Source: an uncultured Planctomycetaceae bacterium
GTDB taxonomy: Bacteria > Planctomycetota > Planctomycetia > Planctomycetales > Planctomycetaceae
Reading direction: 5' to 3'
NCBI GenBank assembly: GCA_963815195.1
Contig: CAWFGE010000017.1
Coordinates: 64,001 to 128,000, forward strand
DNA length: 64,000 nucleotides
The notes under the pieces are model-generated. The model had not been told where the DNA came from and searched no databases. It worked only from the letters and a program-made list of their open reading frames with translations. A program made the position numbers and the translations under genes. Positions 29,616 through 40,919 of this stretch are shown here, one piece after another. The first letter of the stretch is position 1. Every line of letters begins with the position of its first letter.

Positions 29616-31787
29616 TCACGGCCGAGACCGGGATGCCGAAACCCCGCGTTTGGGGCGGAGCGGCGATTGGTTCCGCCAGGTCTCGATGCGGACCTTGTGC
29701 CGGAGCCGATGGTATTCGCGTGAACTCGTTGGCAACAAGTCGAGGGCCTTTTCCCAATGGGTCAACGCGGCTCCCGTTTGGCCGAGATTTTGATGGCAGT
29801 CGCCGAGCAGGGATTCGATCCGCCAGTTGCGGGGCTCCAATTTCGCGGCCCGCGTGAGGGCTCGAGCCGCCTCTTGGTACCGGCGCTGGGAGATCAGCGA
29901 ACGGGCCAGGTTTTGTTCGAGCACGCCGCCCTCCTGGCCCATCTCCCGCGCAGCTTCGAAATGCACCTCCGCCCGCGCCGGCTGCCGAAGGTTCAAATAC
30001 GCCAGCCCCAACAGATATTGCACGGCCCCCTCGCCGAAATCCGGTTCCCACTGATTGAGGAACTCCAAATGTTCGAGAGCCTCCGCAGGCTGGCCGAGCC
30101 GCATGAGCGCCAATCCGTAATCGTAGCGGGCCAATAAAAAGTCGCCGTCGAGGTCGAGGCACCGCCGGTAGTATTTCAATGCCGCCGCGGTTTGCCCGCG
30201 CGACCATTCCAAATTGGCCCGGACCCGCAGGACCGCGGCGTACTCGGGATCGTAATGCTCCGCCAAATCCAGTTCCCGGACGATCCGCTCGATCGGATAG
30301 CCGTCCCGCTCCATGTTGACGGCGAGCATATAATGTGTGTTGGACCGCATGGGATCGTGCGGCTCGCCAGGCCAGTTCGCTAAGACCGCCACGAGTGCGA
30401 GAACCAAGCCGCCCCATGCCAGCCGCCCAAACGGACGCCGAAACCGGCTCGGCAGCCGAACCAGTCCCGCCGCCGCGAACAACATGAGCGCCGGGACCAA
30501 GGGAAAGCGATACCGCCCGAAGACGTAAAACAAACTCACACTCGCTGCATAAATCGCGATAAACAGCAGCACCACCCCCTGCCGCCGCCAACTTGTCCAC
30601 GCCAAAACGAGGCCCAGCGCCGCAAGCGGAGCCAGCACCCCGAAGTGCCAAACTGCGAGCAAACTTCGCAAAATCCACGAGGCGTCCGCGTGGGAATAGA
30701 TGTCTTCCGTGTCGATGATCTCCGCGCTATTCCCGATCAAAAACCACTTGCGGCCCATCAATTCCAGCCAGCCCGGCCAGTCGGCCCGCATGTCGGAAAG
30801 GGCCGCTTCCGTCCAATAGGCGGAGACTTCCCGCGGCGAGAGTTCGCGGCCCACGTCGCGCTCGGCGAGTTCGGTCGCATCGATCCGCTCGTACTCCGGC
30901 CCGCCCCGGTCCTGGCGAAGCGGAATGTAGCGGCCGTTCGCGTACGCCGAATTGCCGATGTAGAAATTCGGCCCGAACTGCGAAGTCGTCAGCAGCCATT
31001 CGCCCCCGACGAGCCGATTTCTCAAGGCCACCGGGAACAACACCACCGCAAGCCCCACCGCGACCGCGCCCAGCCAGCCGCAGCGGGACGCCAACGAATG
31101 CTTCCGCCAACCAAAGGCCAGCCAGATCGGCAACAGCCCCGCGAGGACGAGGGCGTTTTCCCGAATGAGCATCAAGGCCCCCAGAACGACGCCCCAAAGA
31201 CTCCATCGCCAAAGCCTGCGCGGACGGTAAACGGCGGAGGCGGTCGCCGCGAGCAACCCGCAGGTCAGGAATGAACCCAGCGAGGTTTTCTGAAGGATGC
31301 CGTCGTAAAAAACGGCGGGGGCAAACACCGCCAGCAGCAGCCCCGCGAGCCAACCGGTCCTCGGCGAAAACAGCCGCCGGCCCGCGAGCGCCAAGAGCAG
31401 GCAGCCCGTGGCGCCCAACACCGCTTGGGCGATCCGCACGGTCATCTGCCCGACGCCGAAGATCCAATATAAGCCGCCGATGAAGTAGGGATACAGAGGG
31501 GCCTGGTAGAAGGTTTCGCTCCCGAGCCAATCCCCGGCTGCGATCTCGGTCCCCCATTCGTGATACCGGCGGGCGTCGCCCATCAGCACATGCCCCAAGG
31601 GGTCATCCTGTAACAGCCACAAATGCCCCAGCCGCACCAACAGGGCCAGCGCCCAAATTCCGGCACACCCCGCCCACCAACGCCGCGAAACCCGGCGAGC
31701 AGACGGCGGAAGCGAGCCAGCGATGTTCAATGCAATTGCCCCCTTGATCCGGGCGAGCGAACCCACCGGTGGCCGGTGGCGCATCAA
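29616..31787 (-). CDS. GT-C fold (PMT/ArnT-like) membrane glycosyltransferase with C-terminal TPR repeats
   Basis: MGDARRYHEW, YQAPLYPYF, many TM helices, NFYIGN, RYRFP; C-terminal TPR-like helices. Start uncertain. Confidence 0.8.
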   Translation of the reverse strand: MMRHRPPVGSLARIKGAIALNIAGSLPPSARRVSRRWWAGCAGIWALALLVRLGHLWLLQDDPLGHVLMGDARRYHEWGTEIAAGDWLGSETFYQAPLYPYFIGGLYWIFGVGQMTVRIAQAVLGATGCLLLALAGRRLFSPRTGWLAGLLLAVFAPAVFYDGILQKTSLGSFLTCGLLAATASAVYRPRRLWRWSLWGVVLGALMLIRENALVLAGLLPIWLAFGWRKHSLASRCGWLGAVAVGLAVVLFPVALRNRLVGGEWLLTTSQFGPNFYIGNSAYANGRYIPLRQDRGGPEYERIDATELAERDVGRELSPREVSAYWTEAALSDMRADWPGWLELMGRKWFLIGNSAEIIDTEDIYSHADASWILRSLLAVWHFGVLAPLAALGLVLAWTSWRRQGVVLLFIAIYAASVSLFYVFGRYRFPLVPALMLFAAAGLVRLPSRFRRPFGRLAWGGLVLALVAVLANWPGEPHDPMRSNTHYMLAVNMERDGYPIERIVRELDLAEHYDPEYAAVLRVRANLEWSRGQTAAALKYYRRCLDLDGDFLLARYDYGLALMRLGQPAEALEHLEFLNQWEPDFGEGAVQYLLGLAYLNLRQPARAEVHFEAAREMGQEGGVLEQNLARSLISQRRYQEAARALTRAAKLEPRNWRIESLLGDCHQNLGQTGAALTHWEKALDLLPTSSREYHRLRHKVRIETWRNQSPLRPKRGVSASRSRP

Positions 31788-31958
31788 CTCCAGGATCGAT
31801 TTGAATCGGAAAGGATTCGCCGGTGGATCGGGATCAGCCGGCCGACACCGGCCGCTCGCCTTTTCGTGTTAATCCGTGGAACCCAATCCCATGATACACG
31901 GGGAGGCCGCGTTTCCAATACCTCGCGGGGCTCCGCGAGTCGCCACAGCAGGCCTGCT

Positions 31959-33407
31959 TTATTGCAGGGGGACGACTTTGAGCGTTTGGGCGGGATGCCC
32001 GAAGACGTTGGAGGCCGCGGTCGGCGTGGTCTGACCGAAGCCCGGTTGGGCGCGGCGATCCTGCTCTTTGTTCAGAAGTTCCATGACCTGCTCCACGGTC
32101 AAGGGCTCGCGCTTGGGCTTGGTGGTGGGAGCGATCAGAACCGAGTTGGGATCGAGCAAATCCAGCTTGGTGAAGTCTTCGCCAAACGTCGCGGAATCCG
32201 ACTGCGTCAACAGATCGGAATTCTTCGGCAGCGGAGCCGAGAGTTCCACGTCCCGCAGCATTTCGCGGGAATCCAAGGGCGGCAGATTGATCAAATCCGC
32301 CCGTGGCGATTCGCCAGCCTTGGCATCGGTATCGTCCAAGGCCGCGACCGCGTTTTCCAACTCCGGTGAAACGGGGTGGCCGTGTCGATACACATACGCC
32401 AAGTGCGCTTCCAGGAACTCATTCTGTGTTCGGGACTCGTCTTTGGGGTCGGCGGGTTTTGTGGGGGCTTCGGCCGCGGCGGTTTCCGTGGAATTCCGAC
32501 TCGCTTCGACGTTGGAAGTTTGCGAACCGGTTTCGGGCGTTTGCGGATTCTGGACCAGCCACCATCCGCCCAGAGCCCCTGCCATCAAGCCAGCCGCGAC
32601 CAGGGACTTGACCATCGCATTGGCAACCAGGAGTTTCCCGGTGAGAGACAACGACCCCGCGGCACCGGCGGCCGTCGGAACCGACCCGCCGCTTATGACC
32701 GTTTGGGCGACAGCGTGCGCGGTCTGAGCGGAAACGGCACTCGGCGAACCGAGTTCAGCCAAGACCGGCAGCAACACGAACCCGCTTTGGACAAAACCTC
32801 GCTTCGACAACCGCTGGCGGAGCATGCCCCGCGCTTCTTTCAACCGCCGGCGGAGCGTCGCATAGGTGATGCCCAATTCCTTCGCGGCATCGTGCTGGGT
32901 CTTGCCTTCCAGATGGCATTTCACCACGGCCAGGCGGTATTGCCCCGGCAGTGCGGAAATTTCTTCATCGAGGGCCGGCAGCACATCGTTCCAGGGCTCC
33001 GCGGGGGCCTCGGCGGACGGGCGATGCTCCGCAAACGTCGTTTCCCGCCGGCGGCGCGAACGGGCTTTCCGCTTCAATTGGAGCGAAGCATTCACCGCGA
33101 CCCGGTACAGCCAGCTTCCCAAGGATGCCGTGGGCGCGACTGTTCGCATTAACACCGTGGCATGCTGCGCCAGGGACAGGAACGTTTGTTGGAAGGCATC
33201 ATCCGCGGCCGCGGGATCGAGCAGAATCCGCCGGCACACCCCGCGGACCAAACCCCCGTGCCGCTTGACCAAAGCCGCGAACGCCGCCTCGTCCTGCTCG
33301 GCCACAAACTTTCCCAGCAGGTGGGAATCGGGCGTTTCGCTATCGACCTGCGGATCATCGAGTAAAGCTGGGGAAGATAGAGGGCTTAACGTGTTTTCCA
33401 TCGTCAT
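31959..33407 (-). CDS. ECF sigma-70 factor with C-terminal TM/extracytoplasmic extension
   Basis: DEAAFAALVKRHGGLV, ADDAFQQTFL, LGSWLYRVA, LDEEISALP, EGKTQHDAAKELG. Confidence 0.9.
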   Translation of the reverse strand: MTMENTLSPLSSPALLDDPQVDSETPDSHLLGKFVAEQDEAAFAALVKRHGGLVRGVCRRILLDPAAADDAFQQTFLSLAQHATVLMRTVAPTASLGSWLYRVAVNASLQLKRKARSRRRRETTFAEHRPSAEAPAEPWNDVLPALDEEISALPGQYRLAVVKCHLEGKTQHDAAKELGITYATLRRRLKEARGMLRQRLSKRGFVQSGFVLLPVLAELGSPSAVSAQTAHAVAQTVISGGSVPTAAGAAGSLSLTGKLLVANAMVKSLVAAGLMAGALGGWWLVQNPQTPETGSQTSNVEASRNSTETAAAEAPTKPADPKDESRTQNEFLEAHLAYVYRHGHPVSPELENAVAALDDTDAKAGESPRADLINLPPLDSREMLRDVELSAPLPKNSDLLTQSDSATFGEDFTKLDLLDPNSVLIAPTTKPKREPLTVEQVMELLNKEQDRRAQPGFGQTTPTAASNVFGHPAQTLKVVPLQ

Positions 33408-33722
33408 CGCTCGCGGGAAAGGATTTCGTTAGAACCGGCCGAAAGGGTGCAAGCTCTCCCAATAATTGGATGCGCCGGAAGTGCTTTTCTGCGCATGGAT
33501 TCTTCAAAATCGTCGAAATCAGCCCGCTGACGCCAGTATATCAAACACTTTTCAAGGCCACAAAGCCTATAAAGTGATAAAGGGAAAAATCGGCCCGGGT
33601 GTCGCAGCGAGGACCTTTCAAAACAAACCGTCACGAGCGACAATTCAGGTAGGAATCGTTTTGCACGGGAATATAGGAATTGTTTGTCAACCGGTTCGAG
33701 ATCTCTCGGCGAGAGGATGCTC

Positions 33723-34199
33723 ATGTGCTGCTCAAATAGTTGGTCGATGATTGGCGCGGTCCTGGCTGCGTTTGGAGTGATTTTGGGGGCGTATGCCGCG
33801 CATGGATTGGATAAGTATCTCGTCGAGAAATACGCAGGCCAGACCCGCGAGGTGGCAGGGCGGGAAATTCCCGCGGCCCAGAAGTATCTGACGGACTTCA
33901 AAACGGGCACGACCTATCAGATGTACCACGCCTTGGGACTGATTGCCGTGGGAATTTTGGCCCAGACCCGCCGCAAGTGGTCGCTCGAGATCGCGGCGTG
34001 GTGTTTCCTGGCGGGGATCGTGCTGTTTTGCGGGGCGCTTTATGTGATCGCGCTCGCCGGCCCTTCTTGGCAGGGAATCACCTGGGGGCTGGTGGCGCCG
34101 TTCGGCGGGGTGGCGTTTATCGTCGGCTGGCTGGCGCTTGCCGTGGGAGCGTGTCCGTGCGGAATGAAATCCGGCACCGAGCACGTTCCACTCAATTAG
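33723..34199 (+). CDS. DUF423 (YgdD/TMEM256) membrane protein
   Basis: GAYAAHGL, YQMYHALGL, GIVLFCGALY, APFGG. Confidence 0.88.
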   Translation: MCCSNSWSMIGAVLAAFGVILGAYAAHGLDKYLVEKYAGQTREVAGREIPAAQKYLTDFKTGTTYQMYHALGLIAVGILAQTRRKWSLEIAAWCFLAGIVLFCGALYVIALAGPSWQGITWGLVAPFGGVAFIVGWLALAVGACPCGMKSGTEHVPLN

Positions 34200-34608
34200 A
34201 TCGCCACGAAACATCCCGATCGGGAGGCAATGCCAACGCCGCCGACACCGTGAGCACGAGCTCGTTTTTTTTGATCGGCTTGGCGAGCACGGAATAGGCG
34301 TCCGCCTTGGTCGCCTGCCGGCGCAGATCGTCCGAGGCGTCGGCCGTGATCAAAATGCAAGGCAACAGGATGTGCGTGGATTTTAAGACCTGCAAGGTTT
34401 CCAGGCCCGTCATCACCTGCATGTGCATGTCCAACAGGGCGATGTCCAGGGACTCGGCCTCGGCGATTTCGATGGCCTCTTCGCCGCTCTCGGCTTCCAA
34501 CGTTTGAAAGTGAGGCTCAAAAATCGTGCGCAACGCCTCCCGGAAGCGGGAGTCGTCGTCGGCAATCAACATGCGAAATGGACGCTCGGAACCCACCACG
34601 AGCAGCAC
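34192..34608 (-). CDS. single-domain response regulator
   Basis: LIADDD, LLDMHM, LITA, KP. Start uncertain. Confidence 0.88.
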   Translation of the reverse strand: MLLVVGSERPFRMLIADDDSRFREALRTIFEPHFQTLEAESGEEAIEIAEAESLDIALLDMHMQVMTGLETLQVLKSTHILLPCILITADASDDLRRQATKADAYSVLAKPIKKNELVLTVSAALALPPDRDVSWRSN

Positions 34609-34745
34609 CTCGTCGAACCAATTTCGGAAGACAAATCAAACCCGGGCGGTTATGCACAGGCTTCTCATACGAGTTTACCCCGAAACCCCGCCCCTCGCCA
34701 AGAGAAATCTCCCTGCCGATGTGACCCGATGAGAAGGGCCGCGGG

Positions 34746-35771
34746 TCAAAACTCGCCGAGGACTTCGCCGCCGGCCCGACTGCCGAGGCCTTGCCAGATT
34801 TGGCGGTTGATGCTGTCGCCGATGAACTGCACGTGGCCGTCGCAGAACAGGGAGTGCACGCCGCCCGCGTGCCGGCTGCGGGCGGCGATGTTATGCGACA
34901 GGCGGATCCACCCTTGATCGGTCCGCGTGCTGTGGGGCAGCCCGCCCCGGCAATCGATGTCGGGGTCGTTGGGCGGGCGGATGTGGTTGTACATCGAATG
35001 CCCGGGGGCCCCGTAGAACCATTTGCTGCCGCGGGTCTGTTGAATCTTAAGCCCCGAAGCGTGGCATTGGCTGGCGTAGTTGGTGAGTTCCGGGCCGTTG
35101 GTGGCGTTGTCGTTGCCGTTGGTGAGGACAAACCCTGTCACCGGACTCGCGCCGTCCCAGAGGGTGGGGCCGGTGGGATCGGATTTGACGGTCTCGCTGA
35201 TGCACACCGTCTGGCTCGATCCGTCCGTGATGTCCGCGAACCGCACGGACGAGTTCTCAAAAAAGATCCCGGTGACCGGCTGGCCGCCCAGGTTTCGAGG
35301 CGAGACGGGATAAGTCGTCCCGGTGTTCAACGGATAATTGTGCACCGCGGCCCCGGCTTGCATAATGACGTACATGTCGCTGGGGCACAGTAACAGCGGG
35401 ATCGGCTGTGACAGGACCACGGCATTGTCGTTGGTATAGCTGTCCGGGTTTTCGTTCCAATGAATCTCGTCGTAAACGTTCTTGCGGTCGAGGTAAGGCA
35501 AGAGATGGGCATACGCCGAAAAACAACGCCCCTGTCCCGCGACGGGATTCAGCAATCGACCCGGCGGAAACGTGCGGTGGCTGTCATGGTAGTTGTTGAG
35601 GGCAATCCCGATCTGCTTGAGATGGTTTTTGCACTCGGCCCGGCGGGCGGCTTCGCGGGCCTGCTGCACCGCCGGGAGAAGCAATGCCACCAGAATCGAG
35701 ATGACCGCAATCACCACCAGCAATTCAATCAGCGTAAAGCCTTTTGGTTTTCGACCGGCGAACCGCGGCAT
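34746..35771 (-). CDS. DUF1559 prepilin-type protein
   Basis: [34 protein letters not shown] ... SRHAGGVHSLFCDGHV. Confidence 0.95.
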   Translation of the reverse strand: MPRFAGRKPKGFTLIELLVVIAVISILVALLLPAVQQAREAARRAECKNHLKQIGIALNNYHDSHRTFPPGRLLNPVAGQGRCFSAYAHLLPYLDRKNVYDEIHWNENPDSYTNDNAVVLSQPIPLLLCPSDMYVIMQAGAAVHNYPLNTGTTYPVSPRNLGGQPVTGIFFENSSVRFADITDGSSQTVCISETVKSDPTGPTLWDGASPVTGFVLTNGNDNATNGPELTNYASQCHASGLKIQQTRGSKWFYGAPGHSMYNHIRPPNDPDIDCRGGLPHSTRTDQGWIRLSHNIAARSRHAGGVHSLFCDGHVQFIGDSINRQIWQGLGSRAGGEVLGEF

Positions 35772-35824
35772 TTTTGAACCTTTCCATTTCCATCGCCATG
35801 ATTCTGACATAGAATGACAGGATT

Positions 35825-36877
35825 ATGACACGCCCCTCTTCCCCGATCAACCGTGTGCGGGAATTCCGCAATCTCGCCGGCCTGACGCAAGCCGAACTCG
35901 CCGAGCGCGCGGGCATCTCGCGGACCGCGGTGACGGCCATCGAAGGCGAACGGCTCGTGCCGTCGGTCTCGGCCGCGCTCGCGCTCGCCCAGGCCTTGGG
36001 GACCAGCGTGGAGGCGCTCTTCGGCGGCTCGGAGCGGTCGGAGCCAATCGCCCAATGGGCCTGGGAGCCGCCTTCAAATCATCCCCCATTCTGGCAGGCG
36101 GAAGTCGGGGGCCGGCATTGGCTGTACCCGGCGGAATCGTCACCCATGCTCACGCTCCTCCCGGATGAGAATCGATCCAGTGCGCCCCGATCAACGTCCG
36201 CGGCCCGGCAAACGCTGGTGGTCGCCTGCTGCGATCCGGCGGCGGGACTTTTGGCAAGCGAGTACAGCCACGCCACCGCCCAGCGAATGTTGATTTTGCA
36301 CCGCTCCAGCCGGCAGGCGCTCGAACTTTTGTCCGAGGGAAAGGTGCATCTCGCGGGGCTGCATTTCTCGACCGAAGATGAGCCGGACCGAAACGCCCAA
36401 ATCGTGCGGGAGACGTTGGGGACCGAATACTCTCTCCTGCGGATTGCCCGCTGGCGGGAAGGCATCGCGGCCGCTCCGAGTGCGCGGGTTCGCTCGGTGC
36501 GAGGGGCACTCAAGTCAAAGCTCCGCTGGGTCGGCCGCGAACCGGGTTCCGGGGCCCGGCAATGTCTGGACCGATTGCTCGGGAACCGCCGCCCGCCGCG
36601 GAGAACGGCCCGCAATCATCGCGGCGTCGCCGAAGCCGTGCATTCCGGCTGGGCCGACGCCGGCGTCTGCGTGGAACTTACGAGTTCGGAAGCCGGCCTC
36701 GTGTTCCTGCCAGTCCAGGAAGAAGCCTACGACCTTTGCGTGCCGAATGCGCTCCTCGATGATCCGCGAGTCGGGGCTTTGCTCCAAGTCGTCCGCTCCC
36801 CTCGTTATCGCGGTCTCCTCAGTCCGCTCCCGGGCTACACGACCACGGAAACCGGCGATTTGCTGTGGCTGAGTTGA
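35825..36877 (+). CDS. XRE-type HTH regulator fused to a PBP-like (molybdate-type) domain
   Basis: LTQAELAERAGISRTAV; CCDPA, GREPGSGARQ, H..VA.AV..G.ADAG, E.YDL. Confidence 0.85.
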   Translation: MTRPSSPINRVREFRNLAGLTQAELAERAGISRTAVTAIEGERLVPSVSAALALAQALGTSVEALFGGSERSEPIAQWAWEPPSNHPPFWQAEVGGRHWLYPAESSPMLTLLPDENRSSAPRSTSAARQTLVVACCDPAAGLLASEYSHATAQRMLILHRSSRQALELLSEGKVHLAGLHFSTEDEPDRNAQIVRETLGTEYSLLRIARWREGIAAAPSARVRSVRGALKSKLRWVGREPGSGARQCLDRLLGNRRPPRRTARNHRGVAEAVHSGWADAGVCVELTSSEAGLVFLPVQEEAYDLCVPNALLDDPRVGALLQVVRSPRYRGLLSPLPGYTTTETGDLLWLS

Positions 36878-37029
36878 CCAGCGAAACGACGGCTCCGCCC
36901 AAAGGCGTTCGAGGACGCGTGCGGCCGGCGACGTCGCCCCGCATTGGTTGATTCCGCACCGGACCAGACCTAGAATCCCAATGCACCTTCTGTGGACCCG
37001 CCCCGTGTCTCTGTCAACCAAAAAAAACC

Positions 37030-37686
37030 ATGACCGACAAGACTTCTCGCTTGAAAAACCCGCTCTCGGGCGACACCTGTGCAGACGAGGTGCCCAGTGC
37101 TCCGGCCGAAACGCCGGCCGGCGGGGTGGATTTGCCTCGAATCGAACGGGCGGTGCGCGAGATTCTGTTTGCCATCGGCGAGGATCCGGACCGATCGAGC
37201 CTGGCGGAGACGCCCGCCCGCGTGGCGCGGATGTATGCGGAGCTCTTTTCGGGACTGCACACCAACCCGGGCCGGCATTTGCAAAAGGTTTTCGAGGAGA
37301 ACTACGACGAGCTGGTGCTCGTGCGGGATATTTCCTTCAACAGCACCTGCGAGCATCATTTGCTGCCCTTTACGGGTGTGGCCCACGTCGGGTATTTGCC
37401 GCGGGGCCGGGTGACGGGTCTCAGCAAGCTCGCCCGCGTCGTGGAGGAAATTTCCCGCCGGCCGCAAGTCCAGGAACGCATGACGCACCAAATCGCCGAT
37501 TTGGTCCACGAGGAACTGGACCCCAAAGGCGTGATCGTGGTCCTGGAAGCCACGCACACCTGCATGACGATCCGCGGGATTCGCAAGCCCGGCAGCCTGA
37601 CCGTCACCAGCGCGGTGCGGGGGCTGTTTAAGACGAACCAATCCAGCCGGGCGGAGGCGATGGCGTTGATTTATGGAAAATCGTAG
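37030..37686 (+). CDS. folE: GTP cyclohydrolase I
   Basis: [38 protein letters not shown]. Confidence 0.97.
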   Translation: MTDKTSRLKNPLSGDTCADEVPSAPAETPAGGVDLPRIERAVREILFAIGEDPDRSSLAETPARVARMYAELFSGLHTNPGRHLQKVFEENYDELVLVRDISFNSTCEHHLLPFTGVAHVGYLPRGRVTGLSKLARVVEEISRRPQVQERMTHQIADLVHEELDPKGVIVVLEATHTCMTIRGIRKPGSLTVTSAVRGLFKTNQSSRAEAMALIYGKS

Positions 37687-37701
37687 GGAAGCGGGGCTCT
37701 T

Positions 37702-38469
37702 ATGATCGCCCAGTTTGCTCTGCGGTTGATGTTCGGAATGAGTCTGATGTGGAGCCTGATGCCCCGCCGGGAGGTGTCGGCGGGCTTCTTTCGCATTCAG
37801 ATGCTGATCGTGATGGGCCTCGGTGTTCTCGCCGCTTTGACCTTCGGCGAGTTGAGTCCGGTCCTTGAAACTTCCCCGCGGCTCGATCCCTCCTGGGGAA
37901 CACCGCTGTGCATCGGCCTGGCGGCGTCGGCGTTTTTGGGATCGGCCTTCTGGACGCTGGGATGGCGGGGCATCGGGACCGTTTTCGTGTTTCTGATCCT
38001 CGTGGTTTCGGGCGTGTTGCTGATCGGCTCGACCGCGAGCGACTGGAACGGCGGCCGGGGCTGGCTGTTCCCGGCCGCGGAAATCGCCACCGCGGCCACG
38101 CTGGGAGGAGCGATGACGGGCATGCTCTTGGGGCATTGGTATCTCACGGCCCCGACGATGTCCATAGAGCCGCTGTCTTCGCTCAACCGCTTGTTCGGGA
38201 TCGGCCTGGGACTGCGGCTGGCCGTTTCCATCATCGCCCTCGCAGGCGGTTATGCGGTGCTTCACGGCGGGACGCACATCCTCTGGCTGAGCCTCCGCTG
38301 GCTCGCCGGGATCTTGGGGCCCCTGGTTTTGGTCGGGATGGTCTCGCGGATCCTCCACTATAAAAACACGCAATCTGCCACGGGGGTGCTGTTTGTGGGG
38401 GTGATCCTCACGTTCATCGGCGAACTCTCCGCCACCCTGTTGGCCCGCGAACTTCACTGGCCATTCTGA
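37702..38469 (+). CDS. conserved multi-pass membrane protein
   Basis: About 7 hydrophobic helices; MLLGHWYL and TQSATG motifs. Confidence 0.75.
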   Translation: MIAQFALRLMFGMSLMWSLMPRREVSAGFFRIQMLIVMGLGVLAALTFGELSPVLETSPRLDPSWGTPLCIGLAASAFLGSAFWTLGWRGIGTVFVFLILVVSGVLLIGSTASDWNGGRGWLFPAAEIATAATLGGAMTGMLLGHWYLTAPTMSIEPLSSLNRLFGIGLGLRLAVSIIALAGGYAVLHGGTHILWLSLRWLAGILGPLVLVGMVSRILHYKNTQSATGVLFVGVILTFIGELSATLLARELHWPF

Positions 38470-38670
38470 GTTCGAAGGCATTCCTTTCCAAAACTCAGGG
38501 GCACGACGCTCGATGTCGATTTCGTAGTGTCTCGGCAATTATATTAGCCCGAAGCGCAAGCGAAAGTATTCATAAGCTTAACCCTCGCTTGCACTTTTTG
38601 AAGTTGCTTCTCCGTAGCCGAGAAGTGGGGTTATGTGTAGATAGAATCCTTCTCACCACTAAATTCGCGG

Positions 38671-39696
38671 CTATTCGATCGTCGCGGCGACTTCTTCTTT
38701 TTGTGCTTTTTCAGAGGGCGGATTGCTGTTCGTAAACACTTCCGCGATGACTTCTTCCAGCGGGCGTTCCTGCACGCCTACGTCTTCGATCGTGTAACGG
38801 GCTAACAGGTCGGCGAGGATTTCGGGAATCTTCTTTCGCGGGACTTCCAGTTTGACCCGCGGCGGCAAACTGGCGATCACGGTGCCGTAGCGCTCCAAAT
38901 TCGGCACTTTCGAAGTGCCGGCAAATTGGATTTCCATGATTTTATGATGGCTAAAACGGTCGATAATCTCCGCCAGCGGGCCGTCGTGCTTGATTTCGCC
39001 CTGGTTGATGATGATCGCCCGCTGGCAAAGGGCTTCGACATCCTTCATATAATGGCTCGTTAACACGACGGTGATCCGCTGCTCGGCCTGGTAAAACTTC
39101 AAAAATTCCTGCACCCGCCGCTGCGACACGACATCCAAACCGATCGTGGGCTCGTCCAAAAGCAATATGTCCGGGCTGTGGAGGAGCGCGGCGATGAGTT
39201 CCATCCGCATCCGCTCGCCGAGCGACAATTCCCGCACCGGCTGGGCGACGAGATCCCGCACTTCCAACAGGCTCACCAACTCGTCCAAACGCCTGAGGAA
39301 CCGGGCCGGTTCGATGCGGTAAATTTCCTGGTGCAGCCGGAACGACTCCTGGGCCGGCAGGTCCCACCAGAGCTGGTTTTTTTGGCCCATCACCAGCGAA
39401 AACCGCCTGCGGTAAGCGTTTTCTCGCTTCCAGGGGATATGCCCCAAGACCGTCGCTTCCCCGCCGGTGGGATAAATCAAACCCGAGAGCAGTTTGAGCG
39501 TCGTCGTCTTGCCGGCACCGTTCGGCCCCAAGAAGGCGACCATTTCGCCTTCTTCGATCTGAAAACTCACATCATCCACCGCCGCGACTTCTTTGTAGTC
39601 GCGATGAAACAGCCCGCGCAGCGAGGCGAACAATCCCTCCCGCTTGCGGTACACCCGGTAGATTTTGCGAAGGTGGCGAACATCGATGGCTGGCAT
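38671..39696 (-). CDS. ABC transporter ATP-binding protein
   Basis: [27 protein letters not shown]. Confidence 0.95.
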   Translation of the reverse strand: MPAIDVRHLRKIYRVYRKREGLFASLRGLFHRDYKEVAAVDDVSFQIEEGEMVAFLGPNGAGKTTTLKLLSGLIYPTGGEATVLGHIPWKRENAYRRRFSLVMGQKNQLWWDLPAQESFRLHQEIYRIEPARFLRRLDELVSLLEVRDLVAQPVRELSLGERMRMELIAALLHSPDILLLDEPTIGLDVVSQRRVQEFLKFYQAEQRITVVLTSHYMKDVEALCQRAIIINQGEIKHDGPLAEIIDRFSHHKIMEIQFAGTSKVPNLERYGTVIASLPPRVKLEVPRKKIPEILADLLARYTIEDVGVQERPLEEVIAEVFTNSNPPSEKAQKEEVAATIE

Positions 39697-39899
39697 CCTG
39701 TTATCTTAGACGCCGGGCGAACTCCGGTCGAGAGTTTCGGTCGCTTGGAACGGAGATAAGGAAAACTGGCCAATTATCAGCCGGAACACGCTAATGTCCG
39801 GTTCTCGCCGTGAACCGGGGCTAGCGCCCTGCGGCTAATAGATGCGACCATTGTGTATCGGGCGATCCTAAGCCGGGATTTCGGCTGCCGAGAATGTCA

Positions 39900-40784
39900 T
39901 CAGAATTCGCCGACGACTTCGCCGCCGCGTTTGGTTCCCAAGGCGGCATAGATCGGGCCGTTGATGTTCTCGGAAATGAACCGCACCGAACCGTCCGCGA
40001 GCGCGAACATCGCCCCGCCGATGTGCTGGCTCGCCAACGCGAAACCATCAGTTCCGTTGATCCGCAAAGCGGGCGTGTTCTGGACGACGGCGGTCGTGGT
40101 GGCGTTGTTAAACGGCTCGCGGGGACCGATCCACACCGAACCCAAAAAGGGGTCGTTCGTGCTCCGCTCGGCGAGCATGATCGTATGCGTGGCGCCATCG
40201 GTCACATCTTTGATGCGGGTGCTCGTGTTCGCGTAGAACATGCCCGGCGGCTTGGTGGCCTGGCAGTAGTTCGGATAATTGTCCCCGGCGATCGCCACGT
40301 AGTTGCTCGTCGCCATCAACACCGGCGGTCCGCCGCCAATCGCCGTGGTCGAATAGCGCTTGGAATTGATCGGCCCCATTGTATCCGTGGGACACAGAAA
40401 CACCTCGAGCGGCGTTTGGCCGACCTGCTCGGCGGCGGAAATGCCGTACCAGCCCGTTTGAAAACCGTTCGTCAAACTGTTGAGTTGGTCGAACACCGGC
40501 TTTTGATCCAGTTGGGGCAGAATCAGCGTGGACCAGGCGGACGGGACTTTGTAACTCGCGGTGCAGTTGACGACGTCGTTCACCCAGCCGGGCGGAAACA
40601 CACCGTGCGCCGAATGATAGTTGTGGAGCCCCAAGGCGAGCTGCTTGAGATTGTTCCGGCACGCCGAACGCCGGGCGGATTCGCGGGCTTGCTGCACGGC
40701 GGGGAGAAGCAGCGCGATCAAAATCGCAATGATCGCGATCACCACGAGCAATTCGATCAAAGTAAAACCCCGCGGGCGGCGCAT
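39900..40784 (-). CDS. DUF1559 prepilin-type protein
   Basis: [14 protein letters not shown]...; [16 protein letters not shown]. Confidence 0.95.
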   Translation of the reverse strand: MRRPRGFTLIELLVVIAIIAILIALLLPAVQQARESARRSACRNNLKQLALGLHNYHSAHGVFPPGWVNDVVNCTASYKVPSAWSTLILPQLDQKPVFDQLNSLTNGFQTGWYGISAAEQVGQTPLEVFLCPTDTMGPINSKRYSTTAIGGGPPVLMATSNYVAIAGDNYPNYCQATKPPGMFYANTSTRIKDVTDGATHTIMLAERSTNDPFLGSVWIGPREPFNNATTTAVVQNTPALRINGTDGFALASQHIGGAMFALADGSVRFISENINGPIYAALGTKRGGEVVGEF

Positions 40785-40919
40785 GAAGTGACTCTATCAT
40801 CAAGAAAGGTGAGAAAAGACCCCGCAACCAAAATGCCCGCAATAGCCAGAATACACCCGGTCCCGCAGAAAGGAAAGGAGATTTCCCGAAAAACGGCCCG
40901 GTGCGTTCCCGGCTGGTTC

